Of a stretch of 64,000 bases of DNA, positions 52,521-64,000 are shown piece after piece. The stretch's first letter is position 1; each line of letters starts with the position of its first letter. This DNA comes from an uncultured cyanobacterium (GTDB lineage: Bacteria; Cyanobacteriota; Cyanobacteriia; Cyanobacteriales; Cyanobacteriaceae): NCBI GenBank assembly GCA_963749915.1, contig CAVVOP010000008.1, positions 800,001 through 864,000 on the forward strand. Direction: 5' to 3'. Under the pieces are notes generated by a model. The model saw nothing but the letters and a program-made list of their open reading frames with translations. It did no database searches and had not been told where the DNA came from. A program made the position numbers and the translations under genes.

Positions 52521-54992
52521 TTAAACACTAGCTTTGACTAATAAAGGATTTTCTCTTTCGGCTTTAATAGCAACTTTTCCTTCTTCGTCAATATCTACTG
52601 TGGCAGTATCTCCTTCTTGAAGACGTTTCGAGAGAATTTCCTCGGCTAACACATCCTCTAAAAGTCGCATAATTGCACGACGTAAAGGACGAGCACCATA
52701 GGCAGGATTAAAACCTTCTTCTACTAAACGCTCTTTGAATTTGTCTGTTACTTGTAAGTAAATTTCTTGCTCGGTTAAACGGGCAAACACTTCTTTGAGT
52801 AAGATTTCGGAAATTTCCTTGACTTCTCCTTTGTTAAGTTGACGGAAGACGATAATTTCATCGAGACGATTAAGAAACTCAGGACGGAAGTAGTTTTTTA
52901 ACTCCTCATTTACTAGGGACTTAATACGGTTGTATTGAGATTCGTTTTTGTCATCTTCGAGTTCAAAACCTAAACCGCCTCCACCTTTTTCGATTACTTT
53001 TGAACCGATATTGGAAGTCATGATCAACAGGGTATTTTTGAAATCAACAGTACGACCTTTAGAATCGGTCAAACGTCCATCTTCGAAGATTTGTAATAAG
53101 AGATTGAAGACATCGGGGTGGGCCTTCTCAATTTCATCGAAGAGAACCACTGTGTAAGGACGACGACGTACAGCTTCGGTTAATTGTCCACCCTCATTAT
53201 AGCCGACATAGCCCGGGGGAGAACCAATTAATTTCGATACTGTGTGACGTTCCATATATTCCGACATATCCAAGCGGATCATAGCATCTTCCGAACCAAA
53301 AAAGTAAGTTGCTAAGGCTTTGGTAAGTTCGGTTTTTCCTACTCCAGTAGGTCCAGAGAAAATGAATGAGGCAATGGGACGGTTAGGATTTTTCAAGCCG
53401 ACTCTTGCCCGACGAATAGCCCGTGAAATAGATTTCACCGCGTCTTCTTGACCGATAATTCTCTGATGGAGAGTATCTTCCATGTGTAAGAGTTTATCCG
53501 CTTCAGATTCTGTTAATTTTTGAACGGGTACACCAGTCCAAGAAGCCACAATATGAGCGATTTCTTCTTCGGTAACTATGGGATTATCATTAACTTGAGG
53601 ATTTTTCTTCTTCTGATCCGCCAAAGCCCGAATTTCTCCCTTAATTTCCATTTCTCGATCACGTAATTCCCCAGCCTTATCAAAGTCTTGAGATCTCACA
53701 GCTTCGTCTTTTTCTTTTAGTACCTGTCTCAATTCCTTGTCTAACTCTTTAGCTTCGGCGGGTAACTGAGAATTCATCAAACGAACTCTTGAACCCGCTT
53801 CATCAACTAAGTCGATGGCTTTGTCAGGCAAATAGCGATCGCTGATATAACGATCAGATAATTGAGCTGCCGCAGAAAGAGCTTCATCGGAAATTTTGAG
53901 CTTGTGATGTTGTTCGTAACGTTCCCGTAGTCCGAATAAAATCTCGATGGTTTCTTCCACACTGGGTTCACCTACCATCACAGGCTGAAAACGCCGGGCT
54001 AAAGCCGCATCTCTTTCGATGTGTTTGCGGTATTCATCAAGGGTCGTAGCCCCGATACATTGCAGTTCACCCCTTGCTAAAGCAGGTTTAAGGATGTTTG
54101 CCGCATCTATGGCCCCTTCAGCCGCCCCAGCACCGATAAGGGTGTGAACTTCATCAATTACAAGGACGACATTTCCTGCTTGGCGAATTTCGTCCATGAT
54201 TTTTTTGAGTCGCTCTTCAAATTCCCCACGATACTTAGTACCAGCCACTAATAAACCAATATCAAGGGTGACGACTCGTTTGTCTTCTAATAAATCCGGC
54301 ACATCTTTATTAGCAATGCGTTGAGCTAAGCCTTCAGCAATGGCAGTTTTACCGACACCGGGTTCACCAATTAAGACAGGGTTATTTTTGGTACGACGAC
54401 CTAAAATTTGGATAACACGCTCAATTTCTTTTTGACGACCAACCACAGGATCCAATTTCCCTTCGGTAGCCATGATAGTTAAATTAGAGCCGAACTCATC
54501 CAAAGTAGGAGTTTTGTTAGAGCGACTACCACCACCAACACCCACAGGAGTAGTTTCGGTTTCCCCTAGCATACGAATAACCTGAGTGCGTACTTTACCC
54601 AAGTCCACCCCGAGATTTTCTAAAACTCTTGCCGCAACACCCTCACCCTCACGGATTAAACCGAGAAGTAAGTGTTCCGTACCAATATAATTGTGTCCTA
54701 ATTGACGAGCTTCTTCTAAAGATAACTCTAATACTCGTTTCGCTCTGGGAGTAAAGGGAATTTCCACCGCTACAAAACCAGAACCTCGACCGATAATTTT
54801 TTCAACCTCAATCCGAGCATCTTTTAGGTTAACACCCATAGATTTAAGAACTTTGGCGGCGACACCAGTTCCTTCTCCAATCAAACCAAGCAAAATTTGC
54901 TCAGTACCTACGAAGTTATGACCCAAGCGACGAGCTTCCTCTTGGGCTAACATGATCACCTTGATCGCCTTTTCTGTGAAGCGTTCAAACAT
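52521..54992 (-). CDS. clpC: Clp protease ATP-binding subunit
   Basis: [22 protein letters not shown], two AAA+ modules and a UVR domain. Confidence 0.98.
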   Translation of the reverse strand: MFERFTEKAIKVIMLAQEEARRLGHNFVGTEQILLGLIGEGTGVAAKVLKSMGVNLKDARIEVEKIIGRGSGFVAVEIPFTPRAKRVLELSLEEARQLGHNYIGTEHLLLGLIREGEGVAARVLENLGVDLGKVRTQVIRMLGETETTPVGVGGGSRSNKTPTLDEFGSNLTIMATEGKLDPVVGRQKEIERVIQILGRRTKNNPVLIGEPGVGKTAIAEGLAQRIANKDVPDLLEDKRVVTLDIGLLVAGTKYRGEFEERLKKIMDEIRQAGNVVLVIDEVHTLIGAGAAEGAIDAANILKPALARGELQCIGATTLDEYRKHIERDAALARRFQPVMVGEPSVEETIEILFGLRERYEQHHKLKISDEALSAAAQLSDRYISDRYLPDKAIDLVDEAGSRVRLMNSQLPAEAKELDKELRQVLKEKDEAVRSQDFDKAGELRDREMEIKGEIRALADQKKKNPQVNDNPIVTEEEIAHIVASWTGVPVQKLTESEADKLLHMEDTLHQRIIGQEDAVKSISRAIRRARVGLKNPNRPIASFIFSGPTGVGKTELTKALATYFFGSEDAMIRLDMSEYMERHTVSKLIGSPPGYVGYNEGGQLTEAVRRRPYTVVLFDEIEKAHPDVFNLLLQIFEDGRLTDSKGRTVDFKNTLLIMTSNIGSKVIEKGGGGLGFELEDDKNESQYNRIKSLVNEELKNYFRPEFLNRLDEIIVFRQLNKGEVKEISEILLKEVFARLTEQEIYLQVTDKFKERLVEEGFNPAYGARPLRRAIMRLLEDVLAEEILSKRLQEGDTATVDIDEEGKVAIKAERENPLLVKASV

Positions 54993-55692
54993 AATTTTTC
55001 TTTACTCACCCTATGCCACGTTTAATAGCGATTTTAACACAGGATTAAGGTTAGTATGTGCCAGTAAGTACAGTAATTAGTTCGGAAATCAGTATTCCTA
55101 TGCTGAAGATTTAGGTAAGAACAGGATAAGGTCGAGTAAAACATAAAAAATATTGAGAGATTTAGCTAAAAATTATAATACTAGTTAATTACCGTGTTAT
55201 CTAACAATTAATCTACTAATTTTAGCTGTTTAAGAAACAAATAAATTTTAGAGAAAATTATTGTTAATATAAATCAATTGAATACTGGATTCTGGATTCT
55301 GAATCCTTTTAAAACAATTATTTGATTCTCACGAATGATTCCTGATTGCTATATTACTTGCAATATAAATATTATGAATATTTAATAAGTATTTACTTTT
55401 ATTTCTATTTAAGTTTAAGCTAAAATCAATTAATCACAATCTAATAGTTTCAAATAGCTAAAAGTCATGGTTGATTTACAAAATATAATTTTGAAGTTTT
55501 TGTAATTACTTTGATAAAATCTTAGAGTTGTGGTCGAACAACTTTAACTCTTAATTGACTAGAAAAAGAAACAGATTATTTTAAAAGTGAATTAGCTAAT
55601 AATATTAAATTAGAGGCGATAAATATTTTTGGATTTAAGATTTCGGACATCGAACAAAGCCAATATCTATGTACTTGAGTGGTAAAACCTCC

Positions 55693-55747
55693 AATACTGG
55701 TAGAGTTTTGGAAATATGTTCGTCGGCGGTGGTAAGGCAGGAGGCAG
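55693..55747 (+). mobile_element. MITE family A left-end copy
   Basis: Shares GTTTTGGAAA and GTCGGCGGTGGTAAGGCAGGAGGCAG with 19101-19157. Confidence 0.7.
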
Positions 55748-55987
55748 TGCTCACAGGTGTAGGTTTTTTACAATGTAACTTAAAAGTGGAGGAGTAAGGA
55801 GTAGGGAGTGGGGAGAGAATTAACGCAAGATTTTCGAGCTCATTTCCTCAATCTTAATACTACTCACTTATTACTTATTACTTATTACTTATTCCTTATT
55901 ACTTATTACTTCCATTGATAGTTGCTATACTTTACCTGAATGTTTGATAATAAGCATGGGAAACAAGATTATATCGCAATCATTATC

Positions 55988-56983
55988 ATGGCAACGGAAA
56001 TAGAATCGCAATTGAAAATATTAGCGGAATCGGCTCAAAAAGCGATCGCAACAACTGATAGTTTGCAGAAGTTAGAGGAATTAAGAGTAAGCTATTTAGG
56101 GAAGAAAGGTCAATTATCCTTAATTTTAAAGGAAATGGGCAAATTGTCCCCTGAAGATCGTCCTCGTATTGGTGCAGTTGCCAATGATATTAAAACAGGA
56201 ATACAAACCCGTTTAACGAATCAACAACAGCAGTTACAACAAAGGGAAATTAACGATCAAATACTGACTGAAACCCTTGATGTCACTATGCCCGGTGTTG
56301 GTCGACCCCTGGGTAAATCTCACCCCTTACAAAGTACCATCGATGGCGTAATAGATATTTTTGTAGGCTTGGGATATACCATCGCTGAAGGTCCACAAAT
56401 TGAGAGCGACTATTATAACTTTACCGCCTTAAATACCCCTGAAGATCATCCGGCTAGGGATATGCAAGATACTTTTTACTTTGAAGATGGAAGTTTATTG
56501 AGGACTCATACATCATCAGTACAAATTAGATACATGGAAAATCATGAACCACCTCTAAGAATTATCGCCCCGGGTAGGGTATATAGAAGAGATACCGTGG
56601 ACGCAACCCACTCCGCAGTATTTCATCAAATCGAAATTTTAGCCATCGATAAGGGTTTAACTTTCTCAGATCTCAAAGGTACAATCAAAGAGTTTTTGCG
56701 TCAAATGTTCGGCGATGATTTACCAACGGTATTCCGTGCGAGTTATTTCCCTTTTACCGAACCGTCAGCAGAAGTTGACGTACAATGGCAAGGAAAATGG
56801 TTAGAAGTGTTAGGCTGTGGCATGGTTGATCCCAATGTTTTAAAAGCTGTAGGATATGACCCAGAGGTTTATAGCGGTTTTGCCGCAGGGTTAGGAGTTG
56901 AGCGTTTTGCCATGATTTTACACAAAATAGACGATATCCGCCGATTGTATAACAGCGATCTCCGTTTTTTACAACAATTTTAA
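55988..56983 (+). CDS. pheS: Phenylalanine-tRNA ligase alpha subunit
   Basis: [22 protein letters not shown] and GLGVER motifs; ATG at 55988 is preferred over 55940. Confidence 0.97.
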   Translation: MATEIESQLKILAESAQKAIATTDSLQKLEELRVSYLGKKGQLSLILKEMGKLSPEDRPRIGAVANDIKTGIQTRLTNQQQQLQQREINDQILTETLDVTMPGVGRPLGKSHPLQSTIDGVIDIFVGLGYTIAEGPQIESDYYNFTALNTPEDHPARDMQDTFYFEDGSLLRTHTSSVQIRYMENHEPPLRIIAPGRVYRRDTVDATHSAVFHQIEILAIDKGLTFSDLKGTIKEFLRQMFGDDLPTVFRASYFPFTEPSAEVDVQWQGKWLEVLGCGMVDPNVLKAVGYDPEVYSGFAAGLGVERFAMILHKIDDIRRLYNSDLRFLQQF

Positions 56984-57031
56984 CAATTAACAAAACAATA
57001 GATTAGGATTAAATATAATTATTTCTGGGGT

Positions 57032-57967
57032 TTGCTTGTGTTTTTCAGCGTTGTTATTCCTACTTATAATCGTTTGCCAATTTTACAAAAATGTCTCCTT
57101 GCTTTGGAGAATCAACAATTTGATCCAGATTTAATTACTGAACATGAAATTGTTGTAGTAGATGATGGATCGACAGATGAAACTATATCATGGCTAACCA
57201 GTGAAAAAGCCCATTTACCCCACGTTAAACTTTTTACCCAAAATCACAAGGGAGCAGCCGCCGCTCGTAATTTAGGCGTAGAGAAAGCCAAAGGAGATTG
57301 GATTATTTTTATTGATAGCGACTTAATCGTAACACGTTCTTTTTTACAAGCCCATAGTCAAGCCTTAGATTCCGCTCAAAAAAGTACTAATAGCGATCGC
57401 ATTTTTACCTATGGTGCGGTAATTAATACCTGTAACTTTGATGATCCCACATCTGAGCCTTATAAAATAACGGATTTTTCCGCTGCTTATTTTGCCACGG
57501 GTAACGTGGCGATCGCCAAAAAATGGTTATTATCGGCAGGATTATTTGACACCATGTTTAGCCAATACGGTTGGGAAGATTTAGAGTTGGGAGTTAGACT
57601 TAAAAAACTAGGCTTAAAATTAATTAAATGTCCTCAAGCAGTCGGCTATCACTGGCATCCACCCTTTAATCTTGAACAAATACCGAAGTTAATTGATCAA
57701 GAAATTCAAAGAGGAAAAATGGGGGTATTATTCTATCAAAAACATCCTAGTTATGAAGTTAAAATGATGATTCAAATGACATGGATACACCGACTACTAT
57801 GGGGCATTTTATCCTTAGGAGGCACGTTGAACGAAAAAACTCTTAAACCCCTTCTCCAATGGCTAATCAATCAAGGAAAACCTCAATTAGCATTAGAAAT
57901 AGCCCGTATTTTTCTTAACTGGTATAACGTCAAAGGAGTTTATGCTGCCTATCAGGAAATTAAGTAA
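57032..57967 (+). CDS. Glycosyltransferase family 2
   Basis: SVVIPTYN, VVDDGSTD, FIDSD and GWEDLE motifs. Confidence 0.9.
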   Translation: MLVFFSVVIPTYNRLPILQKCLLALENQQFDPDLITEHEIVVVDDGSTDETISWLTSEKAHLPHVKLFTQNHKGAAAARNLGVEKAKGDWIIFIDSDLIVTRSFLQAHSQALDSAQKSTNSDRIFTYGAVINTCNFDDPTSEPYKITDFSAAYFATGNVAIAKKWLLSAGLFDTMFSQYGWEDLELGVRLKKLGLKLIKCPQAVGYHWHPPFNLEQIPKLIDQEIQRGKMGVLFYQKHPSYEVKMMIQMTWIHRLLWGILSLGGTLNEKTLKPLLQWLINQGKPQLALEIARIFLNWYNVKGVYAAYQEIK

Positions 57968-58090
57968 TAATACTGAATTTATGGAAAGATGATAACTAAA
58001 TAAAATTTGTCCATATAATACTTTTAGATTAGAAATAAGAAAAGTAAAATAACGGATTCTTATAAAAAAAAAAATTACGGAGGAAAAATC

Positions 58091-59383
58091 ATGGAAGCGG
58101 TTTTTATTATTATTGGTGGATTTATCGGTGCAGGTATAATGTTTTTTGTAAAACCAAATCAAACAGATAACGCTGTTATCGAAGAGGAAAGACAAAAGGC
58201 GTTAAATCAAGCAGAAAAAGATTTCGAAATTCGTAAACAAGAATTAATTGCATCTCTAAGCCAGCAATATCAGGCTGAGGCTAATCAGAAAATTGCTGAC
58301 ACGGAGAAAGAATTTGAAGCACAAATTCAAAACTATCAAAATCAAATCACCGAATTAGAGACAACTATTAGTAACTCGCCCCCTATCGAAGATCAAAGTG
58401 TTGAGTTACGAAATACCATTTTAGAATTACAAGCTAGAATCAGTGAATTAGAGGCGGGAGTTGCAACTTCTGAATCAGATGATAGTGTTAGGGTAGCAGA
58501 ATTAGAGCAACAACTCCAACAACAGGCACAAGAATTTGCAGATAGACAAGCCGAACTGCAAGAATCTTTCCAAATTCAAATCGAACAATTACAATCTGGT
58601 CATCAAGAGGAAATTCAAGATTATCAAATCCAAATCGACAATTTAAGAAATAGTTTTGCCAATATTGCTACTCCAGTGGAAGAAAGCACTAATGTGGTTG
58701 AAGAATATCCAGTTGAAGAAACTAATTATTCTGAGAATACTGTTGATGAAATTTCAGCGTCACCCGAAGAAGAAATTACTCCATCTGCAGAAGAAACTTT
58801 TGATACTTTTGATACTGGGTCAGATTTATCTCCAGAGAATGAATTAGAAGAAATTGCTACCTCGGAAGAAGATTTTAACCTCGATGCTTTTTCTGAATCT
58901 GCTTCTGCTTCTGTGGAATCTGATGTAGAAATATTTAGCGAAGGTTTAGATTTATCTCCAGAGAATGAATTAGAAGAAATTACTACCTCGGAAGAAGATT
59001 TTAACCTCGATGCTTTTTCTGAATCCGCTTCTGGTTCTGTAGAATCTGATGTGGAAATATTCAGCGAAGGTTTAGATTTATCCCCAGAGAATGAATTAGA
59101 AGAAATTGCTACCTCGGAAGAAGATTTTAATTTCGATGCTTTTTCTGAATCTGCTTCTGGTTCTGTAGAATCTGATGTGGAAATATTTAGAGACAATTTG
59201 GATTTATCTACGGAATATGACTTTAATCTCGACTTAGAGTTATCTGAGATTTCTGATGATGAGAATGACTTAGATTTATTTGCTTTAGTTGATGACGACA
59301 ATTCTGTTTCTTCTGATGAACATAGCAATGACGATTTCGATTTCGATGCTTTATTGGACGACGAATCTGAGAATAAATCATAG
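58091..59383 (+). CDS. Membrane-anchored coiled-coil protein with acidic repeat tail
   Basis: N-terminal TM, Q/E-rich coiled coil and D/E-rich C-terminus. Confidence 0.75.
   Translation: MEAVFIIIGGFIGAGIMFFVKPNQTDNAVIEEERQKALNQAEKDFEIRKQELIASLSQQYQAEANQKIADTEKEFEAQIQNYQNQITELETTISNSPPIEDQSVELRNTILELQARISELEAGVATSESDDSVRVAELEQQLQQQAQEFADRQAELQESFQIQIEQLQSGHQEEIQDYQIQIDNLRNSFANIATPVEESTNVVEEYPVEETNYSENTVDEISASPEEEITPSAEETFDTFDTGSDLSPENELEEIATSEEDFNLDAFSESASASVESDVEIFSEGLDLSPENELEEITTSEEDFNLDAFSESASGSVESDVEIFSEGLDLSPENELEEIATSEEDFNFDAFSESASGSVESDVEIFRDNLDLSTEYDFNLDLELSEISDDENDLDLFALVDDDNSVSSDEHSNDDFDFDALLDDESENKS
58823..59209 (+). repeat. Three 126-bp in-frame tandem repeats (42 aa)
   Basis: GATTTATC unit starts at 58823, 58949, 59075 and 59201. 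Confidence 0.92.
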
Positions 59384-59405
59384 ATGAATCACAGGAAATT
59401 AGATA

Positions 59406-59492
59406 AGCTAAGACGCACTTATTTCGCAATGCTTAACCTCTTACAGCAAGGAGCTCATAGCTTTAAAAAGCAAGGTTAAATGCGTCTTAGCT
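59406..59492. mobile_element. MITE family D (AGCTAAGACGCA inverted termini)
   Basis: Perfect 12-bp inverted repeat AGCTAAGACGCA / TGCGTCTTAGCT, spanning 87 bp. Confidence 0.7.
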
Positions 59493-59737
59493 GAAGGGGT
59501 GATTAGCTGTTAAATTTTAAATATTTGCTGTTATTGATCATCGATTTTCATGGCAATAATTCATTAGCTGATAAGATTGATGTCATAAATCAAAGTAAAA
59601 AGTAAAAAGTAATAAGTAATAAGTAATAAGTTAGTAATATATAACTTCAGATTTTGAGTCCAAAATTTTACTCTTAACAACTCCCGTTGCTGGAATTTGT
59701 ATTAATGTTCATATCGGGGTTACAATTTAGAAATACA

Positions 59738-60082
59738 TTACCTAAATTTAACCTTATTATGAAGCCAATTAGTAACCTTACTTGGTAAATTTTTTTTCAC
59801 CCATTGCCATGCAATAATTTTCACTAAAGGTTTAGGAGTACGGGCGATAAATTTAGCTAATTTATTCATCAATCGGTTAGGAATTTTTTTGTTTATTATA
59901 TTGATAATTCCTATATCATAAAGACAATCAATTATCAGCTTAATGGTCACTTCTTCTTGTAAAGCTAAATTTTCTAAGAGTAAATAAACATCTCTTAATC
60001 TTTCCTGTTGGAAACGCTTCTCTTCTGGCGTTAATTCTTGTAAAGCCACTATTTTCACTGTTTCTTTTTGACGACTCAGCAT
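59738..60082 (-). CDS. Hypothetical protein
   Basis: 114 aa ORF with protein-like composition, downstream of and co-oriented with secA. Confidence 0.65.
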   Translation of the reverse strand: MLSRQKETVKIVALQELTPEEKRFQQERLRDVYLLLENLALQEEVTIKLIIDCLYDIGIINIINKKIPNRLMNKLAKFIARTPKPLVKIIAWQWVKKNLPSKVTNWLHNKVKFR

Positions 60083-60298
60083 CAGAATAATAATTGATAA
60101 TTAGCAGTTGATAATTGATACTTCACAGTTGATAATTGATACTTCACAGTTGATAATTAGGGAAGATAAAAGGCAAGAATAAATATTTTTCTTCTCGCCT
60201 TCTTGTCTACTTTCCCTCCTTGTCCACCTTGTCTCGTCTTAACGAGTTCGTAAAAAACCTACCCTTGTAAGGTGAGTCCCTCTCCCTGTTGCCTTTCC

Positions 60299-63118
60299 CT
60301 AAACTGTTTGGGGTTGTGCTTGGGGTTGAAATTGGAATAGAGAATAAACCACATTTCGGCGAATGTCAATCATCATCTCTAAAAACATTTCGTAACCTTC
60401 TTGTTTATATTCGATTAAAGGATCTTTTTGTCCATAACCCCTCAAACCAACAGATTCTCGTAAGCCGTCCATTGCTTGTAAATGTTCACGCCACAGGGTA
60501 TCAATTTGTTGGAGGATGAAGAATCTTTCCGCTTGACGCATTAACCCTGGTTGTAATTGTTCAATTTGATACTCTTTCAAATCATAGGCTTTGTGTACTT
60601 CTTCATGGAGAAAAGTCTTCATCTGAGTAACCGTCATGTCTTCTAAGTCTTTGACGGTTATATCTTCGAGTAAGTAAATAAACTCTTTGGCTTTGTTGAC
60701 TAATCCTTCTAAATTCCACTCGTCTGGGGGTAATTCGGGGTTGACGTAAGCATCGACAATTTCATCTGTGGTTTTAGTGGCATATTGAAGTACTTGTTCC
60801 TTCAATTCACGCCCTTCTAAGACTCGACGACGTTCAGCATATATGGCACGACGTTGGTTATTCATTACCTCATCATACTCGAATACACTCTTACGAGCAT
60901 CATAGTAGAAGGTTTCTACTTTTTTCTGAGCACCTTCTAATGAGCGAGTTAACATCCCTGATTCGATGGGCATATCTTCTTCCACTCGAAAGGCATTCAT
61001 TAAACCAGCCACTCTATCACCGCCGAAAATTCGCAATAAATTGTCTTCTAAACTTAAAAAGAAACGTGTTGAGCCTGGATCACCTTGTCTTCCTGCTCTA
61101 CCTCTTAATTGGTTGTCTATACGTCTTGATTCGTGTCTTTCTGTCCCGATGACGTGTAAACCTCCTTTCTCGACGACTAACTTATGTTCTTCATCTGTAA
61201 GCTTGTCGTATTCTTGGCGAATGGATTTATAAACCTTTCTCAAGGCTTGAATTACAGGATCCTCCGTAGGGGCTTTTTCGGCTGCGATGGCAATTTTTTC
61301 TTCAGCGTCTAACTCCGATAAACTTTGTTGACCATAGATTTCAACGGCAAGTTTCACCGCATCCTTAAGTTTAGTTTCCGTTTCGGAAGACAACTCACAG
61401 GGGAAAATATCCGAAGAAGGCTTCCAATTTTTCACCTTTTTACCGTCACCGTTGCCGCCGAAACCTTGCCCTTTAGAACGTTTATTCACGTCAATTCCAG
61501 GCACACTTACCATAAATTGATCATCTTCAGGGGTGACAATTTGGGGCATAAAATACTCGCGAATTTTTAACCTTGCCATATAGTCAGAGTTACCACCGAG
61601 GATAATATCTGTACCACGCCCTGCCATATTAGTAGCGATGGTAATTGCACTTTTTCTTCCAGCTTGAGCGACAATTTCTGATTCTCTTTCCACGTTTTCC
61701 GGACGCGCATTGAGGATATTATGGGGAATTTCTCTTTCTACTAACAATTTGGCCAATAATTCTGATTTTTCGACGCTAGTAGTACCAATTAGTACAGGCC
61801 TGCCAGATTCATGCATTTCTGTGCATTCTTCCGCAACGGCTTTCCACTTGGCAATCTCATTTTTATACACCACGTCGGGCAAATCCACACGACCAGAGGG
61901 ACGATTAGTAGGGACGATAGTTACCTCTAATTTATACACTTTCTCAAATTCTGTCTCCTCCGTTTTGGCAGTACCCGTCATGCCCGATAATTTAGGATAG
62001 AGTAAGAAGAAGTTTTGATAAGTAATACTGGCCAAAGTTTGAGTTTCCTTTTGAATTTCTACCCCTTCTTTGGCCTCAATAGCTTGATGTAAACCATCAC
62101 TCCACCTTCTACCAGCCAAAACCCTTCCCGTAAACTCATCGACGATAACGACTTCATTATTTCGCACAATATAGTTAACATCGGCAGTAAATAATTCTTT
62201 GGCTTTAATAGCGTTAAATATATAATGAGCCCAAGGATTTTCTTGATCATATAGATCTTTAACTCCTAACAATTCCTCCGCCTTGGCGAAACCCTCATCG
62301 GTTAACAAGACATTACGGGCTTTCTCGTCCACTTCATAATCTCCTCCGTCACCCTCCTGTATTTGTTTCGTGAGTAACTGAGCGATTCTGGCCGCTTCCA
62401 TGTATTTCTCCATCGGACGCTCAACTTGTCCAGATATAATTAACGGGGTACGTGCCTCATCCACTAAAATAGAGTCAACCTCATCAATGATAGAATAATT
62501 CGGCACTCTTTGCACCACCTCAGCAATGTCGGTAGCCATATTGTCCCGTAGATAGTCAAAACCCAATTCGCTATTGGTGGCGTAGGTAATATCAGCATTG
62601 TAGTTTTTCTGCCTTTCGGAGGATGTCATACCACTTTGAATCAGGCCGACACTCAAACCTAAAAAGCGGTGAATTTGCCCCATCCATTCCGCATCCCTAC
62701 GGGCGAGGTAATCGTTAACGGTGACAATATGAACACCTTTTCCCGTTAAACCGTTAAGGTAGGCGGGTAGAGTCGCCACTAGGGTTTTACCTTCACCTGT
62801 TTTCATCTCTGCAATTTGCCCTGTGTGTAAGACAACTCCCCCCAACATTTGCACATCATAATGACGCATTCCTAAAACTCTTATTCCCGCTTCTCTGACC
62901 AAAGCGAAGGCTTCCACCAAAATTTCATCTAAGAGGATATCTCTTTCTTCCTGATTTTTGGCCTTGGCTAACATTTCCTTAAAAGAAGAGGTTTTCGCCC
63001 TCATTTCGTCGTCGGTAAGTTTTTTAAAGTCTTCTTCTAATAAGTTAATTTCTGTAACTAGAGGGTGTAGTTTTTTAAGTTTACGAGCGTTAGGATCTCC
63101 GAATAGCTTTTTAAACAT
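60299..63118 (-). CDS. secA: Preprotein translocase ATPase
   Basis: [33 protein letters not shown] and [13 protein letters not shown] motifs. Confidence 0.98.
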   Translation of the reverse strand: MFKKLFGDPNARKLKKLHPLVTEINLLEEDFKKLTDDEMRAKTSSFKEMLAKAKNQEERDILLDEILVEAFALVREAGIRVLGMRHYDVQMLGGVVLHTGQIAEMKTGEGKTLVATLPAYLNGLTGKGVHIVTVNDYLARRDAEWMGQIHRFLGLSVGLIQSGMTSSERQKNYNADITYATNSELGFDYLRDNMATDIAEVVQRVPNYSIIDEVDSILVDEARTPLIISGQVERPMEKYMEAARIAQLLTKQIQEGDGGDYEVDEKARNVLLTDEGFAKAEELLGVKDLYDQENPWAHYIFNAIKAKELFTADVNYIVRNNEVVIVDEFTGRVLAGRRWSDGLHQAIEAKEGVEIQKETQTLASITYQNFFLLYPKLSGMTGTAKTEETEFEKVYKLEVTIVPTNRPSGRVDLPDVVYKNEIAKWKAVAEECTEMHESGRPVLIGTTSVEKSELLAKLLVEREIPHNILNARPENVERESEIVAQAGRKSAITIATNMAGRGTDIILGGNSDYMARLKIREYFMPQIVTPEDDQFMVSVPGIDVNKRSKGQGFGGNGDGKKVKNWKPSSDIFPCELSSETETKLKDAVKLAVEIYGQQSLSELDAEEKIAIAAEKAPTEDPVIQALRKVYKSIRQEYDKLTDEEHKLVVEKGGLHVIGTERHESRRIDNQLRGRAGRQGDPGSTRFFLSLEDNLLRIFGGDRVAGLMNAFRVEEDMPIESGMLTRSLEGAQKKVETFYYDARKSVFEYDEVMNNQRRAIYAERRRVLEGRELKEQVLQYATKTTDEIVDAYVNPELPPDEWNLEGLVNKAKEFIYLLEDITVKDLEDMTVTQMKTFLHEEVHKAYDLKEYQIEQLQPGLMRQAERFFILQQIDTLWREHLQAMDGLRESVGLRGYGQKDPLIEYKQEGYEMFLEMMIDIRRNVVYSLFQFQPQAQPQTV

Positions 63119-63363
63119 ACTTCGTTTTTATAATTTCTTTAAATATATCGATTAATCTCTCATCATATCATTTATAGCAATGGACAATGGACAATTGATG
63201 ATTGACAATTAATTTTTTATTTACATCCTACATGGTCTTAAATATCTAGCCTGAACGGTAGCGAATATCAGTAGTATTACTGTTGTATCTATGCTAATTA
63301 AATGTAGTCCGCTCAAATGTCAGAAACTGGAAAAAACATTGTTCATCTTACACGGCATTATTG

Positions 63364-64000
63364 TTATAAATAAACTAAATTTTCAGGTAATTCCGACAAC
63401 TTAAAAAGACTATCTTCCTGAATAATAATATCCCGAAAAAGTTTCTTAGTTTGAGAAGGTAAAATTAACACTTTCTCTGATTTGACCACCGAATTTTTAA
63501 ACCCTCCTAAATCTTGATTAGTTTCTACATAACTCACCAGACGACGAAACAATTTAGGTAAAATAATGACGTTTTTTTCTTCATCAAATAAATCCCAAAC
63601 ATGAAAACCTTTATTCGTATAATCAAATTCCCAGACCCCCTTATTTTGTTTCCTTGCATGATTAACCCCCACCGTCATTTCTCTTCTTAAAGTAGGGGCT
63701 AAACCACGATAATAAGTGGGGTAAGATTCTCCGTGTAAGAGACTTTGATAATTAACTGATTGGACAAATAACTCTATAGGTAAAAAGAAAATATCCCCAT
63801 CTTTAACATCAATTTTCCCCTTAAACACAAAACCTAAAGGACGACCATGTTGGTCGGTTTTTTTTGCCAGAATAAAACCTTCAATATTATCTTGTGCTTC
63901 GATGATTAAATTTTCTTCTTCATGCCATTTTACTCCATCAATTTCTAGGTATTTTAATAAAAAATCAGCCGCACTCAATGCCCATTTAGTACTCTGTTGA
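63364..64000 (-). CDS. Thermonuclease (SNase)-like protein, 5' end beyond window
   Basis: The frame is open to the window edge (QQSTKWALSAAD...); DQHGRPLGFV, SVNY..L..G..YP and AR....GVW are SNase-like motifs. Confidence 0.6.
   Translation of the reverse strand, partial: QQSTKWALSAADFLLKYLEIDGVKWHEEENLIIEAQDNIEGFILAKKTDQHGRPLGFVFKGKIDVKDGDIFFLPIELFVQSVNYQSLLHGESYPTYYRGLAPTLRREMTVGVNHARKQNKGVWEFDYTNKGFHVWDLFDEEKNVIILPKLFRRLVSYVETNQDLGGFKNSVVKSEKVLILPSQTKKLFRDIIIQEDSLFKLSELPENLVYL

Noticed and set aside
58823..59209. Regular repeats as a possible CRISPR array
   Set aside because: Contiguous in-frame 126-bp coding units with no unique spacers and no cas genes.
63986..64000. TAGTACTCTGTTGA as the start of another family C MITE
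   Set aside because: It lies in the open minus-strand frame of the SNase-like gene and is too short to judge at the window edge.

Overview
AT-rich cyanobacterial chromosome segment with frequent HIP1 GCGATCGC sites; it resembles Cyanobacterium/Geminocystis-type Chroococcales, which is an inference. Most of it is housekeeping: partial nnr, tRNA-Glu, ispH, lipA, pstSCAB with a Pho box, dacB, a folate/biopterin carrier, tRNA-Lys, corA, metK, wza/wzc, a GluR0-like K+ channel, clpC, pheS and secA. It also holds a phototaxis cluster of two cyanobacteriochrome MCPs plus a four-Hpt hybrid CheA. The best candidate for an under-described system is a self-contained prs-like / NAMPT-like / NrtR operon (39433-42668) with a clear NrtR operator. 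Its composition resembles the phage NARP1 (Adps + Namat) NAD+ reconstitution pathway, here chromosomal and apparently ADP-ribose regulated; this assignment is a hypothesis. Other notable items are a DXCIP-type GAF lacking the canonical Cys, several MITE families carrying heptamer repeats (one appears to supply a gene's C-terminus), two convergent four-helix-bundle gene fragments (one missed by the ORF track), and a patchwork pseudogene upstream of pstS. No CRISPR array, reverse transcriptase, transposase or integrase was seen.
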